A DNA stretch of 64,000 bases from an uncultured archaeon (GTDB taxonomy: Archaea > Asgardarchaeota > Lokiarchaeia > Sigyniarchaeales > SOKP01): assembly GCA_964508365.1 (NCBI GenBank), contig CAZDTP010000011.1, positions 1 to 64,000 of the forward strand, in the 5' to 3' direction. Below are positions 47,867 through 58,785 of this stretch, piece after piece (position 1 is the first letter of the stretch; every line of letters begins with the position of its first letter). The notes below the pieces were generated by a model that had not been told where the DNA came from, ran no database searches, and saw only the letters and a program-made list of their open reading frames with translations. Position numbers and translations under genes: made by a program.

Positions 47867-50320
47867 TTGATTTTTTTAACCAAAGATCAATCCAAAATCG
47901 AAATCGTTTTTTTTCTTGTTAAATTGTTAATCTTAATGGTTATTGAGGAAATCAAATATTTGGAAAAAGCAATAGAACTTGAAAAAAGGGAAGAAATTGG
48001 TTCTTCCTATAAAGTTAAGTCGTATAGCGAGAAAATGAAACTAATGGAAAGTAAGGAAATTCCTCAAAAGCCGATTGAAGATGTATTAAATCATTTATTC
48101 ACTGAAAATAAAGAGATAACTGATAAAACTAAAAATTCCATATCAAAAATAATATACTCACCAAACGACAGGATTATTATTCTAATCACAACTCTCGGAC
48201 AAGATATTATTTGGAAAAGAAGTAAACTAATCTATTTGTACGGTTGGTTTTTTTATGTTTCCAAACCAAAAGCAAAACCTCCTAAGCTAAAAAAAGAAAA
48301 AAGAAAGAAAGAACCTAAAACAGAAGAAAGAACTATAAGCAAAGAAATACTTGAATTCGGAGATTTGGCTATTCCGTTAAAGGAGAAAGAGAATATGCGT
48401 TCATTATATCATAACAAAGAGTACTTTCAATATTTAAAACTTATTAAATCGGATAATATTATACAAAAACCAATTAAAGAAGTTTTACACGATTTTTTAC
48501 TTGAAAATCAAGACATCCCCATAAAGGAGAAGAAATCTATTGGAAAAATCATCTATTACCATAAAGAAAGAGTCATAGTCGTTAAATCTTTAATTGGAGA
48601 TATGATGTATGAAAATTTAAAAAGTATGGTAAAGAAATATGGTTGGTATTTTTATATTACTGGTGTCCCTGTCGGAGAAAGTGATATTTCCAAAGCTATT
48701 GATAAAATCGAAAGAAAGTATGATGTCGAATATTTTAAAGCTTTATCACTTTCAGACGGAATTAAGGATGAGAAGTTGAGAGTTACCATATATCCGATTG
48801 TGTTAAAACCAAATCATAATTGTCACATACTAGGTTTAGGTAAACTTAATATCTTATTAGATTGTGGAATTTCTGAGCCCGAGAAGATACAAAATGAAGA
48901 GCAAATGGAAGAATTAGAAAATATTGAACCACTTGGTGATGATGAGATCGAAGAAGATATAAGCAATAAAAATAAAACTAAACAAGAAAAGATTTTAACT
49001 AAACGTGATGACTTTAAGCATATCGATGATTATCTTAAAAACCTACCTCAATTAATTACAGAAGCAGAGGAAAAAGAATTAGACAATGGTGAAAGCAAAG
49101 CTCATTTTTCTTATCTTCCAAAAATAGACGCTGTATTTATCTCACATAGCCATTTTGATCATATTTCGGGTCTAAAGAAGTTTATAAATTTAAATCCTGA
49201 AGTTCCAGTTCTATGCTCGCGCATTACATTGGATTTATTTCTTCTAAGAGACTCGAGTTACTTGAAGCAAGAAAATAAAGATGTTATCGAGGAAGAAGAA
49301 TACCGAAATCTTGTAGAAAATGTGATATACGTAGAGAACGGGGACAAGTTGGAATTTAAAGAAAAAAATTGTTTCTTATCGTTTTTTCATGCTGGTCATA
49401 TGCCGGGAGCACTCATGTTTTTAGCAAAAATTAATGATTTTCGCTTCTTATATACGGGAGACTATACTTATTACGATATAACGCCATTTGCAGGAACTAA
49501 GCGTTTTCTAGAACAAATATCACGCCCTATCGATTATCTTTTAATAGATGGAACAAGCGCCCAAGAAGAATATGGAAATTTTGCTGACCAGTTTCACAGT
49601 TTACTTCTTTTTTTAGAACAGAAAGCCGAGTACGAAGATAACGTGTTAATAGGAGCTGATCCTTCGAGTTTAGCAATAAGTTTTATGCTAACATTTTGGC
49701 GTTATTTTAGAAAATTACAGTTAAGAAAAGGTTACACAAAACGGCCTAACATCTATGTCGATATGATGGTAAGGAAGAACATCCAGGTCATCAATCATCG
49801 ATATGAATATATTTTTGGTCCAATTTCGAGATTGATAAGAGATAAAGCAAATCCTTTTAATAGTATCAAATTTAGATGGTTTGATAGAAGTGATTTAGAG
49901 TTTCTTAGGAAAAAAAACAATATAATCATATCTCATCCTCCCGATCTTTCCTACGGCTTAATTAGGAATATAATCAATGTAATCGGTCGTAACCCTCATA
50001 ATCTAGTGTTTCTAGCTGGGGCAATTCACGAACAGCCCGGTATGGATTTAATATCTGGGGAAACTGAGATTGAATTCTCAGAAACTTGGAGAGCACCCTT
50101 CAGGGCATTTCTAATCAACACTTTTATGCCTCAACTAAAAATTAAACTACACGCGGATAAAATTCAACTCGCAGAAATGATCAAAGCTCTTGAACCAACG
50201 GAGGTATGTTTTTTTCATCAATCTGCAAGACGGCTTACAGAAGCCGTGGAGTATGTTAAAGAACTAGGAGTAGAAAAAGTTTCTTTGCCAATCAAGAGAA
50301 AACTCTTGATCTTGAACTAA
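47867..50320 (+). CDS. Metallo-beta-lactamase/beta-CASP nuclease with duplicated N-terminal domain
   Basis: LLDCG, SHSHFDH, HAGHMPGA, YTGDY, IDGT and C-terminal LHAD motifs. The start may be the ATG at 47936. Confidence 0.8.
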   Translation: MIFLTKDQSKIEIVFFLVKLLILMVIEEIKYLEKAIELEKREEIGSSYKVKSYSEKMKLMESKEIPQKPIEDVLNHLFTENKEITDKTKNSISKIIYSPNDRIIILITTLGQDIIWKRSKLIYLYGWFFYVSKPKAKPPKLKKEKRKKEPKTEERTISKEILEFGDLAIPLKEKENMRSLYHNKEYFQYLKLIKSDNIIQKPIKEVLHDFLLENQDIPIKEKKSIGKIIYYHKERVIVVKSLIGDMMYENLKSMVKKYGWYFYITGVPVGESDISKAIDKIERKYDVEYFKALSLSDGIKDEKLRVTIYPIVLKPNHNCHILGLGKLNILLDCGISEPEKIQNEEQMEELENIEPLGDDEIEEDISNKNKTKQEKILTKRDDFKHIDDYLKNLPQLITEAEEKELDNGESKAHFSYLPKIDAVFISHSHFDHISGLKKFINLNPEVPVLCSRITLDLFLLRDSSYLKQENKDVIEEEEYRNLVENVIYVENGDKLEFKEKNCFLSFFHAGHMPGALMFLAKINDFRFLYTGDYTYYDITPFAGTKRFLEQISRPIDYLLIDGTSAQEEYGNFADQFHSLLLFLEQKAEYEDNVLIGADPSSLAISFMLTFWRYFRKLQLRKGYTKRPNIYVDMMVRKNIQVINHRYEYIFGPISRLIRDKANPFNSIKFRWFDRSDLEFLRKKNNIIISHPPDLSYGLIRNIINVIGRNPHNLVFLAGAIHEQPGMDLISGETEIEFSETWRAPFRAFLINTFMPQLKIKLHADKIQLAEMIKALEPTEVCFFHQSARRLTEAVEYVKELGVEKVSLPIKRKLLILN

Positions 50321-50434
50321 ACTTATTCTATTATTTTAATATATACTTATTATGTCTTGAAATATTATCATAAAAAATTAATTTAAAGGATCTTTTTATT
50401 TTGTATTAGAAAATAGTAAAAGCGTTGATTAAAC

Positions 50435-50827
50435 ATATATTCAGAAAAAGTCATGGATCACTTTCGAGATCCTCGAAATATGGGAGAAATGAAAGATGCT
50501 GATTCAATTGGAGAAAATGGGAATCCCGTTTGCGGAGATCTCATGTATATCTATATTAAAGTAGAAGAAAGGGATGGAAAGGAAATAATTAGTGATATTT
50601 CGTTCCAAACGTTTGGATGTGCTGCTGCCATCGCAACATCTTCTATGATAACAGAATTAGCTAAGGGTAAAACGCTCGAAGAAGCATTGAAAATTACTAG
50701 AAATGATGTTGCTATATCTTTAGATGGTTTGCCTCCAATTAAAATGCATTGCAGCAATTTAGCCGCTGATGCTTTACAAGATGCTATTAGAAAATATCGG
50801 GAGAAGGGAAAATTAAAACACCTATAG
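50435..50827 (+). CDS. iscU: Fe-S scaffold protein IscU/NifU (apparent ATA start)
   Basis: NPVCGD, FGCAAAIA and KMHC motifs. Upstream of the ATG at 50453 the frame reads ATA-TAT-TCA-GAA-AAA-GTC, which restores the conserved (M)YSEKVMDHF N-terminus. An in-frame TGA sits at 50426. Confidence 0.9.
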   Translation: MYSEKVMDHFRDPRNMGEMKDADSIGENGNPVCGDLMYIYIKVEERDGKEIISDISFQTFGCAAAIATSSMITELAKGKTLEEALKITRNDVAISLDGLPPIKMHCSNLAADALQDAIRKYREKGKLKHL

Positions 50828-50973
50828 GGCCTTTAATAGCTATATGGTTCTTAGTTTGGAAAGATAGCCTTACATGCTTTTTTTTATAATGATTAGGTTT
50901 AATTATCACAGCAATTTTTATTGATTATTAGAACAAGAATTACAATTAAAAATTAATTAATTGAGATGATAAA

Positions 50974-51219
50974 ATGAGTCTGTTACAATGTCCTATTTAT
51001 TCCGGAGTATTTGGTCCATTTAGTTGGATTTTTATGCTTATTGGAGGAATTATTTATTTGGTTATAAGTGTCTTGATCGCTAATTATCTCCATAAAGACG
51101 CTATAAAAAGAGGAATAAACGCTGAATTCTGGTTAGTTTTTGGTTTGCTTTTCAATTTTTTTGGATTAATCCTATATCTGATCGTAAGAAAAAATTATAA
51201 CCAAGAAAGAAAGGAATAA
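50974..51219 (+). CDS. Small two-TM membrane protein
   Basis: 81 aa with two TM helices around HKDAIKRG, then a basic tail. Confidence 0.65.
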   Translation: MSLLQCPIYSGVFGPFSWIFMLIGGIIYLVISVLIANYLHKDAIKRGINAEFWLVFGLLFNFFGLILYLIVRKNYNQERKE

Positions 51220-51478
51220 AAGAACAAACTTTAGATAAGAATTTTTTTTTATTTTAGATTTTCTAAATTATCAAAATTTCATATTTTTTCTTAAATTCAA
51301 CAGTTCGAAAAGAACTAGATGAAGTTTTTCTTCAATTTTAATAGACTTTTATTCTACAATTCAATAAGGTAATTTAATTTAAAAATTTAAAGAAGTGAGT
51401 TATTATCTTTTCAAATTATAAGCAAAATCTATATGTAATTAATTCAACATTAAAGACTTAGCAGAAGAGTGATGTTAA

Positions 51479-54376
51479 ATGGTATCAGAATCTAATGAAA
51501 AGGTTAAAATTAAGCTCAGCGGAATGACATGTGCTTCTTGCGCCCTCAAGATTGAAACAAAACTAAAAAATTTAGAGGGAGTAAGTAGTTCAGCTGTAAA
51601 TTTTGCAAATGAGGAAGCAACAGTTGAATTTAATTCGAATAAAACTAATTACAATGAATTTAATAAAGCAATTAAGGATTTAGGGTATAAAGCGTCGTTA
51701 GCAAAAATAGATTTTAAAGTAATTGAGTCAATTTCTGAGCAAGAATTTAATAATCTGGTCAAAAAAGTTGCTGAAATCGAGGGTATTTACGATGTTAGAG
51801 GTAATTTTATAGCTAATAAATTATTTATCGAATTTAATGAATTACAACTTGACGAAAGTGAAATCTTTTCAAATATTAAGCAGATTGGTTATAAAATTGA
51901 AAAGACAGCGGGAGCAATTGATAAAGAAATCGAGAAACACAAAAAAGAAATGCGATATCGATTGCGAATATTATTAATTGCATTAGCTTTCACTTTTGTA
52001 ATTACGCCAATAAGTTGGTTCGTACCACCGTCTTTTGTAAGGAATTTATTTCTGTTTTTTTTTGCTACAGCTGATTACAGCGTAGCGGGGTCTTTCTTTC
52101 TCGTAGGTGCCTATAAGTCATTAAAAAATAAATCAACTAACATGGATGTTTTAGTTGCGTTAGGAACTACGACTGCTTTTGTATATTCAATACTAACAAC
52201 ATTTTTGATTCGGGGAAACACATTCTACGAAGCAATGAGTATGATTCTAGCATTCCTGCTAATTGGAAAATACTTTGAACATAAAACAAAAGGACAAACT
52301 TCTGAAGCAATTAAGAAGTTAATAGGTTTACAACCAAAGACAGCTACTCTCTTAAAAGACGGAGAAGAAACAGAAATTCCAATTGAAGAAATCGAGATTG
52401 GAGATATTTTGGTTGTTCGCCCGGGCGAAAAAATTCCTCTTGATGGACGAGTCGTTAAAGGAAAATCAAAAGTAGATGAGTCGATGATCACCGGTGAAAG
52501 TAAATATGTGAAAAAAGAAATCGATAGCGAAGTTATTGGTGCCACGGTTAACCAAAATGGATTGATTAACATTGTAGCTGAAAAGATAGGAAAAGATACG
52601 TTTTTATTTCAAATAATTAATTTTGTAAAAGAAGCCCAAAGTAAAAAAGCTGCAAAACAACAATTAGCTGATAAAGTTAGTAATTATTTTGTCCCAGCTG
52701 TTATATTAATTGCAACTGGAGCATTTCTTTATTGGTTTTTAATTGCTGGTTTAGGATTAGAATTGTCATTGTTAGTTTTTACATCAGTTGTTGTAATCTC
52801 ATGTCCATGTGCTCTCGGTTTAGCGATACCTACTGCTGTCATGGTAGGTACTGGTAAAGGTGCTGAAAATGGAATCTTATTAAAGGGAGGAGATTCTTTA
52901 GAAGCAATAAGCAAAATCAACACCATCGTTTTTGATAAAACTGGGACTTTAACTGTAGGGAAACCAAGAGTATCAGCAATTTTTACTAAAAAAGATTTGA
53001 ATGACAGCGGCTATGACGAAGAACAGTTATTATTTTATGCAGGAAGTGCTGAAATGGGTTCTGAACACCCTCTTGGACAAGCAATCATTGAAGAAGCAAA
53101 TCAAAGAGGTTTAACTCTTGAAGTTCCTATCGAATTTGACGCTATACCTGGGAAAGGGATTAAGACTGCTATTAAAAATAATACCGTACTCATAGGAAAC
53201 GAGCAGTTAATGGTAGATAATAATATTTCAATTGATTCTTATAAGGACAAATTTAATGAATTTCAAAACCAAGGAAAAACAACAATTCTAATTAGTGTTG
53301 AAAATGAGATTAAGGGAATTATTGGAATCTCAGATAAAATGAAAGAACAAGCTCCGTATGCATTAGAGAAGTTACGTGAAAAAGGATTGGAACTTTTTAT
53401 GCTTACAGGAGATAATAAACAAACTGCCTTAAATATAGGTGAAGAGCTAGGATTTGACGAGCAACATATATTAGCAGAGGTTTTACCGAACGAAAAAGCC
53501 GAAACTATTAAAAAATTACAAAATTCCATAGAAAACAAAATCGTTGGTATGGTTGGAGATGGAATAAATGATGCTCCTGCTCTAGCTCAAGCAGATGTTG
53601 GAATCGCGATTGGATCTGGAACAGATATAGCAATAGAGACCGCAGATATAGTACTAATGAGAGGAGATCTTAGGAATGTAGTAGCAGCTATTAATCTCTC
53701 CAAAAAAACCTACAGGAAAATGCTTACAAATTTGTTCTGGGCATTTTGCTACAACATTATAGGGATTCCGATTGCTGCGGGAATTCTTTACTTCGCAACT
53801 GGATTCTTTTTGCCTCCGTATTTAGCAGCTGTCTTTATGGCGGCTAGTTCTGTTTCAGTGGTTACTAATGCCCTTTTCTTAAAAAGATATGAACCAAAAA
53901 CACCACAACAAATCGAAGAAGAAAAACTCTTAATCTCCCAAGAAAAAGTTGTGGATCCTGTTTGTGGTATGAAAATTGATCCCAGAAGCGCAATTGAACT
54001 CGAATATCAAGGTAAAATATATCATTTTTGCAATCCTAACTGCGAAACTCACTTCAAACGGGATCCAGAAAGATTTAAGAATTACGATAATATGAACCCT
54101 AAGTTAATGCAAATGAAGAGTACTGAAGAAGAATTAGACACTTCTGAAGATCAGAAAAAATTTCAAGAAATCAAATCAAATAAAGAAGAAAAAGAGGTAG
54201 ATAAAAAAATGGGTAAATTAAAATGTGTTGAATGTGGATTGGAGCAAGATTTACCAATGCATTGTGGGCAAGCAATGCATCAAGAAGAAGATCAGCTAGT
54301 CTGTTGGATGGGCGCATCTTGTGGAGCTCAACCAATCCCCAAACATCATGGGAAAATCATGGAAATTGTTGAATAA
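51479..54376 (+). CDS. copA: Cu(I)-type P1B ATPase with C-terminal YHS domain and Cys/His-rich domain
   Basis: GMTCASC HMA domain, TGES, CPCALG, DKTGT, SEHP, GDGIND and YN/MAASS TM motifs. DPVCGM..YHFC (YHS domain). Confidence 0.95.
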   Translation: MVSESNEKVKIKLSGMTCASCALKIETKLKNLEGVSSSAVNFANEEATVEFNSNKTNYNEFNKAIKDLGYKASLAKIDFKVIESISEQEFNNLVKKVAEIEGIYDVRGNFIANKLFIEFNELQLDESEIFSNIKQIGYKIEKTAGAIDKEIEKHKKEMRYRLRILLIALAFTFVITPISWFVPPSFVRNLFLFFFATADYSVAGSFFLVGAYKSLKNKSTNMDVLVALGTTTAFVYSILTTFLIRGNTFYEAMSMILAFLLIGKYFEHKTKGQTSEAIKKLIGLQPKTATLLKDGEETEIPIEEIEIGDILVVRPGEKIPLDGRVVKGKSKVDESMITGESKYVKKEIDSEVIGATVNQNGLINIVAEKIGKDTFLFQIINFVKEAQSKKAAKQQLADKVSNYFVPAVILIATGAFLYWFLIAGLGLELSLLVFTSVVVISCPCALGLAIPTAVMVGTGKGAENGILLKGGDSLEAISKINTIVFDKTGTLTVGKPRVSAIFTKKDLNDSGYDEEQLLFYAGSAEMGSEHPLGQAIIEEANQRGLTLEVPIEFDAIPGKGIKTAIKNNTVLIGNEQLMVDNNISIDSYKDKFNEFQNQGKTTILISVENEIKGIIGISDKMKEQAPYALEKLREKGLELFMLTGDNKQTALNIGEELGFDEQHILAEVLPNEKAETIKKLQNSIENKIVGMVGDGINDAPALAQADVGIAIGSGTDIAIETADIVLMRGDLRNVVAAINLSKKTYRKMLTNLFWAFCYNIIGIPIAAGILYFATGFFLPPYLAAVFMAASSVSVVTNALFLKRYEPKTPQQIEEEKLLISQEKVVDPVCGMKIDPRSAIELEYQGKIYHFCNPNCETHFKRDPERFKNYDNMNPKLMQMKSTEEELDTSEDQKKFQEIKSNKEEKEVDKKMGKLKCVECGLEQDLPMHCGQAMHQEEDQLVCWMGASCGAQPIPKHHGKIMEIVE

Positions 54377-54406
54377 ATTAAGTTTAAATAAAGAGGTTAT
54401 AAGAAA

Positions 54407-54589
54407 ATGAAAATGTATAGATGTGTTGGCTGTGGAAAAATAATGGAAACCATTCCACAATGTTGTAGTCAAGATATGGTTTTTAATGAAGAAAAAAATC
54501 AGCTTGAGTGCTATATGGGTGATAACTGTGGATATTTAAGCTTAGCCGAACTTAAATGCGATGAGTGCTGCAAAAAACTAAATCACTAA
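54407..54589 (+). CDS. Small Cys-rich protein, paralogous to the CopA C-terminal mini-domain
   Basis: 9 Cys in 60 aa. Shares the CxxCG...P.[HC]C...M...QLxCxMGxxCG pattern. GAGGT lies upstream of the ATG. Confidence 0.8.
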   Translation: MKMYRCVGCGKIMETIPQCCSQDMVFNEEKNQLECYMGDNCGYLSLAELKCDECCKKLNH

Positions 54590-54609
54590 TTTTTTTTCCT
54601 TTCTAGTAA

Positions 54610-55905
54610 TTATAAATCCTTTATATGGTATTTCTTAGAACTTTTGGATTTGAGCCAGATTTCTAATGCTAAAAAAATTATTAATCCTATTCCTGTTATC
54701 AGAGCTCCTACAATAAAAGCAGCTTGATAAGATATAACTTCCTCAAAACCGTTATTGATTAGAAAGTCTATCAATGGTCCTGATATGATTGTACAAGCTA
54801 ATCCCCAAGAAAGAAAAAAAGTCGTATTATATACTCCAAATAATTTTGCCCTAACCTTGGAAGGTATCAAGTTAGAAGCAATGACATAAGAGGCTGCATA
54901 AATAATAACTTCAGCCGTACCTATAAAAAAGCTTCCAACAAATATCAATATCAGATTATCTGTTAATCCCGTGATAATTAAAGCGAAAATTGCTAAACTC
55001 ACACCTAATATTAGAGTTCGAGAATGTCCAAACTTTTTGCTTAAAGTACCAGCTAAAAATCCAATAGTTAGCACTGCTAAAGATCGAGTGTTTGCAATAA
55101 AGCTTAATAATATGCTATCTACTGCAAATCCAGTATCTAAAATTAAATATTGACTATAGATCGTTGCGATTGAATTGCGTCCAAAATTAATAAACGTTAA
55201 AGAAATAATGAAAACAATGAAAATAGCTTTAAAATTAAAGTTTTGCGATGTATTTTCATTATTCTCAACTTCCATTTTCCCAATATCTTTAATTCCTCCT
55301 TCTGGTGTGAAAATCATAGGGATAGAAGACATAAACATAACCAATGATGCTACAATGAATAGTGGTCCATCACGAAAGCCAAAACCATTATTGTAGAGTA
55401 TTCCTCCTATAGATATTCCTATTATTCTCCCAAATCCACCAACACTAGTTAGTTGTCCCATAATTTTACTACGCTCTTTAGATGGATAAATATCACTAAT
55501 GAGAGCGCTCCAACTGATATTCGACATTGACCAAAACGCTTCAATACACATTAATCCAACAATAATAACATATCCCGCTATTAACAAGTTAGAGACAATT
55601 GAGTGAACAAACCAGACAACTAAGGTCCCTATACCTGCTAAAATCTCGCCTAATATGATAAATGTTCTGCGCTTTTGGAATCTGTCACTCAATGGCCCCC
55701 AAACAAAATTTTGAAAAATCACGCTCATTAACATTGGTAAGGTTGCGTATAAAGTCGTTTCAGTTACAGATAAAAGTAAAAAATCTCTCATATAAATAGA
55801 CAGGTAAGTATAAAACATACCCCTTCTAAACATTGCTAGCATTTGAAAGGAAGATAACCCTAAAAATGTGCTCTTCAATGAGATTTTATGATTGATAGAG
55901 AGCAT
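54610..55905 (-). CDS. MFS transporter
   Basis: WGPLSDRFQKRR (motif A), ISDIYPSKERSK and about 12 TM helices. Confidence 0.9.
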   Translation of the reverse strand: MLSINHKISLKSTFLGLSSFQMLAMFRRGMFYTYLSIYMRDFLLLSVTETTLYATLPMLMSVIFQNFVWGPLSDRFQKRRTFIILGEILAGIGTLVVWFVHSIVSNLLIAGYVIIVGLMCIEAFWSMSNISWSALISDIYPSKERSKIMGQLTSVGGFGRIIGISIGGILYNNGFGFRDGPLFIVASLVMFMSSIPMIFTPEGGIKDIGKMEVENNENTSQNFNFKAIFIVFIISLTFINFGRNSIATIYSQYLILDTGFAVDSILLSFIANTRSLAVLTIGFLAGTLSKKFGHSRTLILGVSLAIFALIITGLTDNLILIFVGSFFIGTAEVIIYAASYVIASNLIPSKVRAKLFGVYNTTFFLSWGLACTIISGPLIDFLINNGFEEVISYQAAFIVGALITGIGLIIFLALEIWLKSKSSKKYHIKDL

Positions 55906-55914
55906 GATTAAGAA

Positions 55915-58236
55915 TCAAAGATAAATATCAATGTCTTTTTTAGGAAATACTTTTAAGATTTTCGGTAATTCTACTCCTAATCTTATCTTCTCACAGATTT
56001 CAACATAAATAGGGTAGAAATTATTAAGTATCTTGTATATTTCATTCCATGCCTTTTGTTCTTCCGTATTCTCACCAATCTGTTTCCTGAGTTTGGGAAA
56101 TATAGCACTTGATTTATTCCGATTTAAAAATTTAAAAAATTGTTTCGTTACTTTTATTCTAATCTTTTCATATGCTTCTGGTCTAAAATTAGCGATGCTG
56201 TAACTTAAGTCATCGTCAGTAATGGGAAAGAAATTGATACGCTTATCTTCAGGTTCATCTGGATTTTTCTCTAAACTTAATTCTAAATCTTTTGCTGCAA
56301 TAATTTCCAATATGGGATAGAGTTGACCTGGATTGATATGAGTTTCCATTTGAATCTGAGACGCGATTTCTGATATACAATAATGAAAATCGGGATATTT
56401 CTCTTGATTTTCAATCCGATAAGCATACTCTTTTTTTAATATATCGATGATATTATTTTTTAATATTTGAGGAATCTCTTTTTGAGTAAAAGAAATCGAT
56501 GCATCCTTTTGCATTTGTTCAAAAGATAAATCATCTTTTTGTTTTTTTGTATAATCCGAAGTTAAAGAAGAAATAAATTGATCCGAAGCTTTATTTTGGT
56601 TAGTATCAACATGTAAGTCGAGTTTTTTAGGTTTGTCTGATCTCATGGTTGTGAAGAGTCTATCGGACAGATATTTTTTTGCTTTCTTCTGTGCTAATTC
56701 TTTTTTATCGAACTTTTCGAGAATAGAAGTAAAGTCTACGAATTTTTGATATCGCCCTTGATCATCTTTTACATCTTTCAAAATAATATTCAAATTAATC
56801 TTCGATAGAGTACCAACCAAAGAATATATCTTATTTTTAGAAAGCCTAGTAGCTCTAATCAACTCGCGATCTAAAATCTCTAGAGGAAAACCCTCCCCCC
56901 TTCGTAAATACTCGCTCCTTAAGAGTTTATAAATTATATCCATAATCTCCTCTTCTTGATCTACCGTTTCTTTCTGCAAACGAATAAACATTGAAGTTTC
57001 ATGTGGTTTTAAATAATAAAATAGCAGAGTACTCCCTAGGAAAATAATCATTATAATAGAGATAATAAACTTATCTGCCATGAAAAACTGTCCAAGGGGG
57101 GTAATTATCTGATTTGGAATTTGTGTCTGTAAAGCATAACGAGTAAGAGTTTGAGAAAGAACACAGCCTAAAATTAAAAGTATTAAACCATCTCTTTTAA
57201 AGATAAGAAGGTTCCATTCTATTGAACGCCCTAATTTTTTGATGATTCTATACAGGAAATACATAGATACGGCAAATTCTAAAATAAATATAAACCATAC
57301 TGTAGAACTACTCGCACCTACAGTCTCTTTTAGGGCGATTATAGTTGCTGGATTTAAAATTAAGAATAGTGATAACTGAAAGACTTGGAAGAAAAAGATA
57401 AATAAAACTATTAAAGAAAAAGTGAAGTTATCAAACAATCCGGCTCTCTTTGTCTCAGCTCTTCGTCGCGTAAATACAAATTCAAATATAATGAACAAGA
57501 GAGTTAAAATTAAACTAAAATATATTAAGGGCATTATCAAACGCATTTCTAATTCATAAACTCCTACTGCTTCACTGGGAGCAAAAGGACCAAAAAAATC
57601 AAGAGAAATATAAACTAACAGACCACGGTAAAACAGGGCTATTATAACTAATACTCCTAAAATAAAATATGGAGCAATGAAAGCTAAAAATCGTCGAAAT
57701 CCAGAATATTTAGCAATAAACTTAGCCTCTATTTTAGTTGCAAACTTTCTGGAATACATGTAGAAGCGAATACTTAATAATAAAAGCCAGATTGTTGACA
57801 ATCCTAATAGATAGCTTATTAAATTTGTGTTTATATTATAGACATATAGGAAGAGAACAAAGAAACCCGAAATAATTCCAACATATAAAATAATCTGTTT
57901 AATACCTGAATGTTTTTCAAAAATGAATATTCTAATTTTATCAATGCTATATAATATAGATAATGCGAGAAAAAAAGCCACCAATGCGTTTCCAAAAACA
58001 AATGGGTTTCCAAAAGTAAGAACGTTTAAATATGTACCTGGAAAATTTATCCCGACTAACAATAAAAAAGAATAGATCAAAAAAATAAAGTAAATTACAA
58101 AGAATTTTCTTTCTCCAAAGTATGATTTCGAAGTTTCTTTTCCTTCTACATAATGTTCTTGTATAAATATTTTACGAATGTTCTTTTGAAGAGAATCTTT
58201 TATCTTTGTTAGATTTTCTTTAGCATTCATTTTCAT
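55915..58236 (-). CDS. Polytopic membrane protein with large C-terminal soluble region
   Basis: About 11 TM helices in residues 45-410, then about 360 soluble residues with two winged-helix-like segments. Confidence 0.75.
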   Translation of the reverse strand: MKMNAKENLTKIKDSLQKNIRKIFIQEHYVEGKETSKSYFGERKFFVIYFIFLIYSFLLLVGINFPGTYLNVLTFGNPFVFGNALVAFFLALSILYSIDKIRIFIFEKHSGIKQIILYVGIISGFFVLFLYVYNINTNLISYLLGLSTIWLLLLSIRFYMYSRKFATKIEAKFIAKYSGFRRFLAFIAPYFILGVLVIIALFYRGLLVYISLDFFGPFAPSEAVGVYELEMRLIMPLIYFSLILTLLFIIFEFVFTRRRAETKRAGLFDNFTFSLIVLFIFFFQVFQLSLFLILNPATIIALKETVGASSSTVWFIFILEFAVSMYFLYRIIKKLGRSIEWNLLIFKRDGLILLILGCVLSQTLTRYALQTQIPNQIITPLGQFFMADKFIISIIMIIFLGSTLLFYYLKPHETSMFIRLQKETVDQEEEIMDIIYKLLRSEYLRRGEGFPLEILDRELIRATRLSKNKIYSLVGTLSKINLNIILKDVKDDQGRYQKFVDFTSILEKFDKKELAQKKAKKYLSDRLFTTMRSDKPKKLDLHVDTNQNKASDQFISSLTSDYTKKQKDDLSFEQMQKDASISFTQKEIPQILKNNIIDILKKEYAYRIENQEKYPDFHYCISEIASQIQMETHINPGQLYPILEIIAAKDLELSLEKNPDEPEDKRINFFPITDDDLSYSIANFRPEAYEKIRIKVTKQFFKFLNRNKSSAIFPKLRKQIGENTEEQKAWNEIYKILNNFYPIYVEICEKIRLGVELPKILKVFPKKDIDIYL

Positions 58237-58339
58237 CGAAAAAGTAAGTATAATGAGAGAAAATGTTTCATTAGAATTAAAAAAGTATTATTTTCTTAAA
58301 TGAATTTTCATAAATAAAACCAACCATAAATAATTCAGT

Positions 58340-58690
58340 TTGTCATTCATAGCTGAAAATTTAAAAGGCTTCAATTATAATATAAATATGCAAATGGATA
58401 ATCAGCCAGATAAACCAGATAAAGAAAACTTGATAAAACTGGTCAAACAAGGCATTGAAATGTTAGCGGAAAGGAACATTTCGGATATGCTGATTTTGTC
58501 CTCATATAAAATAAATTCAGTGTTAAAAGATAACTATGGTGTGGATATTAAGGTCGATAGAATTGGACGAATTCTGTCTTCTGTAGCAAAAAATAATCAA
58601 TTAAAGCGATTAAAAACACAAATCCCTAAATATCAATTGCATATATCGAAAGTTGGTAGACTTCAGTATCCTGAGTTGTCACCTTCGTGA
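58340..58690 (+). CDS. Hypothetical protein, possibly winged-helix
   Basis: 116-aa basic protein. The SSYKINSVL...VDRIGRILS segment is HTH-like. Confidence 0.55.
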   Translation: MSFIAENLKGFNYNINMQMDNQPDKPDKENLIKLVKQGIEMLAERNISDMLILSSYKINSVLKDNYGVDIKVDRIGRILSSVAKNNQLKRLKTQIPKYQLHISKVGRLQYPELSPS

Positions 58691-58785
58691 AGTGAAATAA
58701 ATATATCGCAAATAAAAAAAAGATAGATAAAATTTTTTCATATGATCTCTTTGATAGAAATTTATAAAAAAGAGTAGAAATCCTA

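Noticed and set aside
22221-50428. Selenocysteine read-through of the TGA codons just upstream of dodecin and iscU, as an alternative to ATT/ATA starts
   Set aside because: The dodecin TGA is part of the SD-like GGTGA. iscU has a TAA three codons further upstream. The ferredoxin case has no TGA at all.
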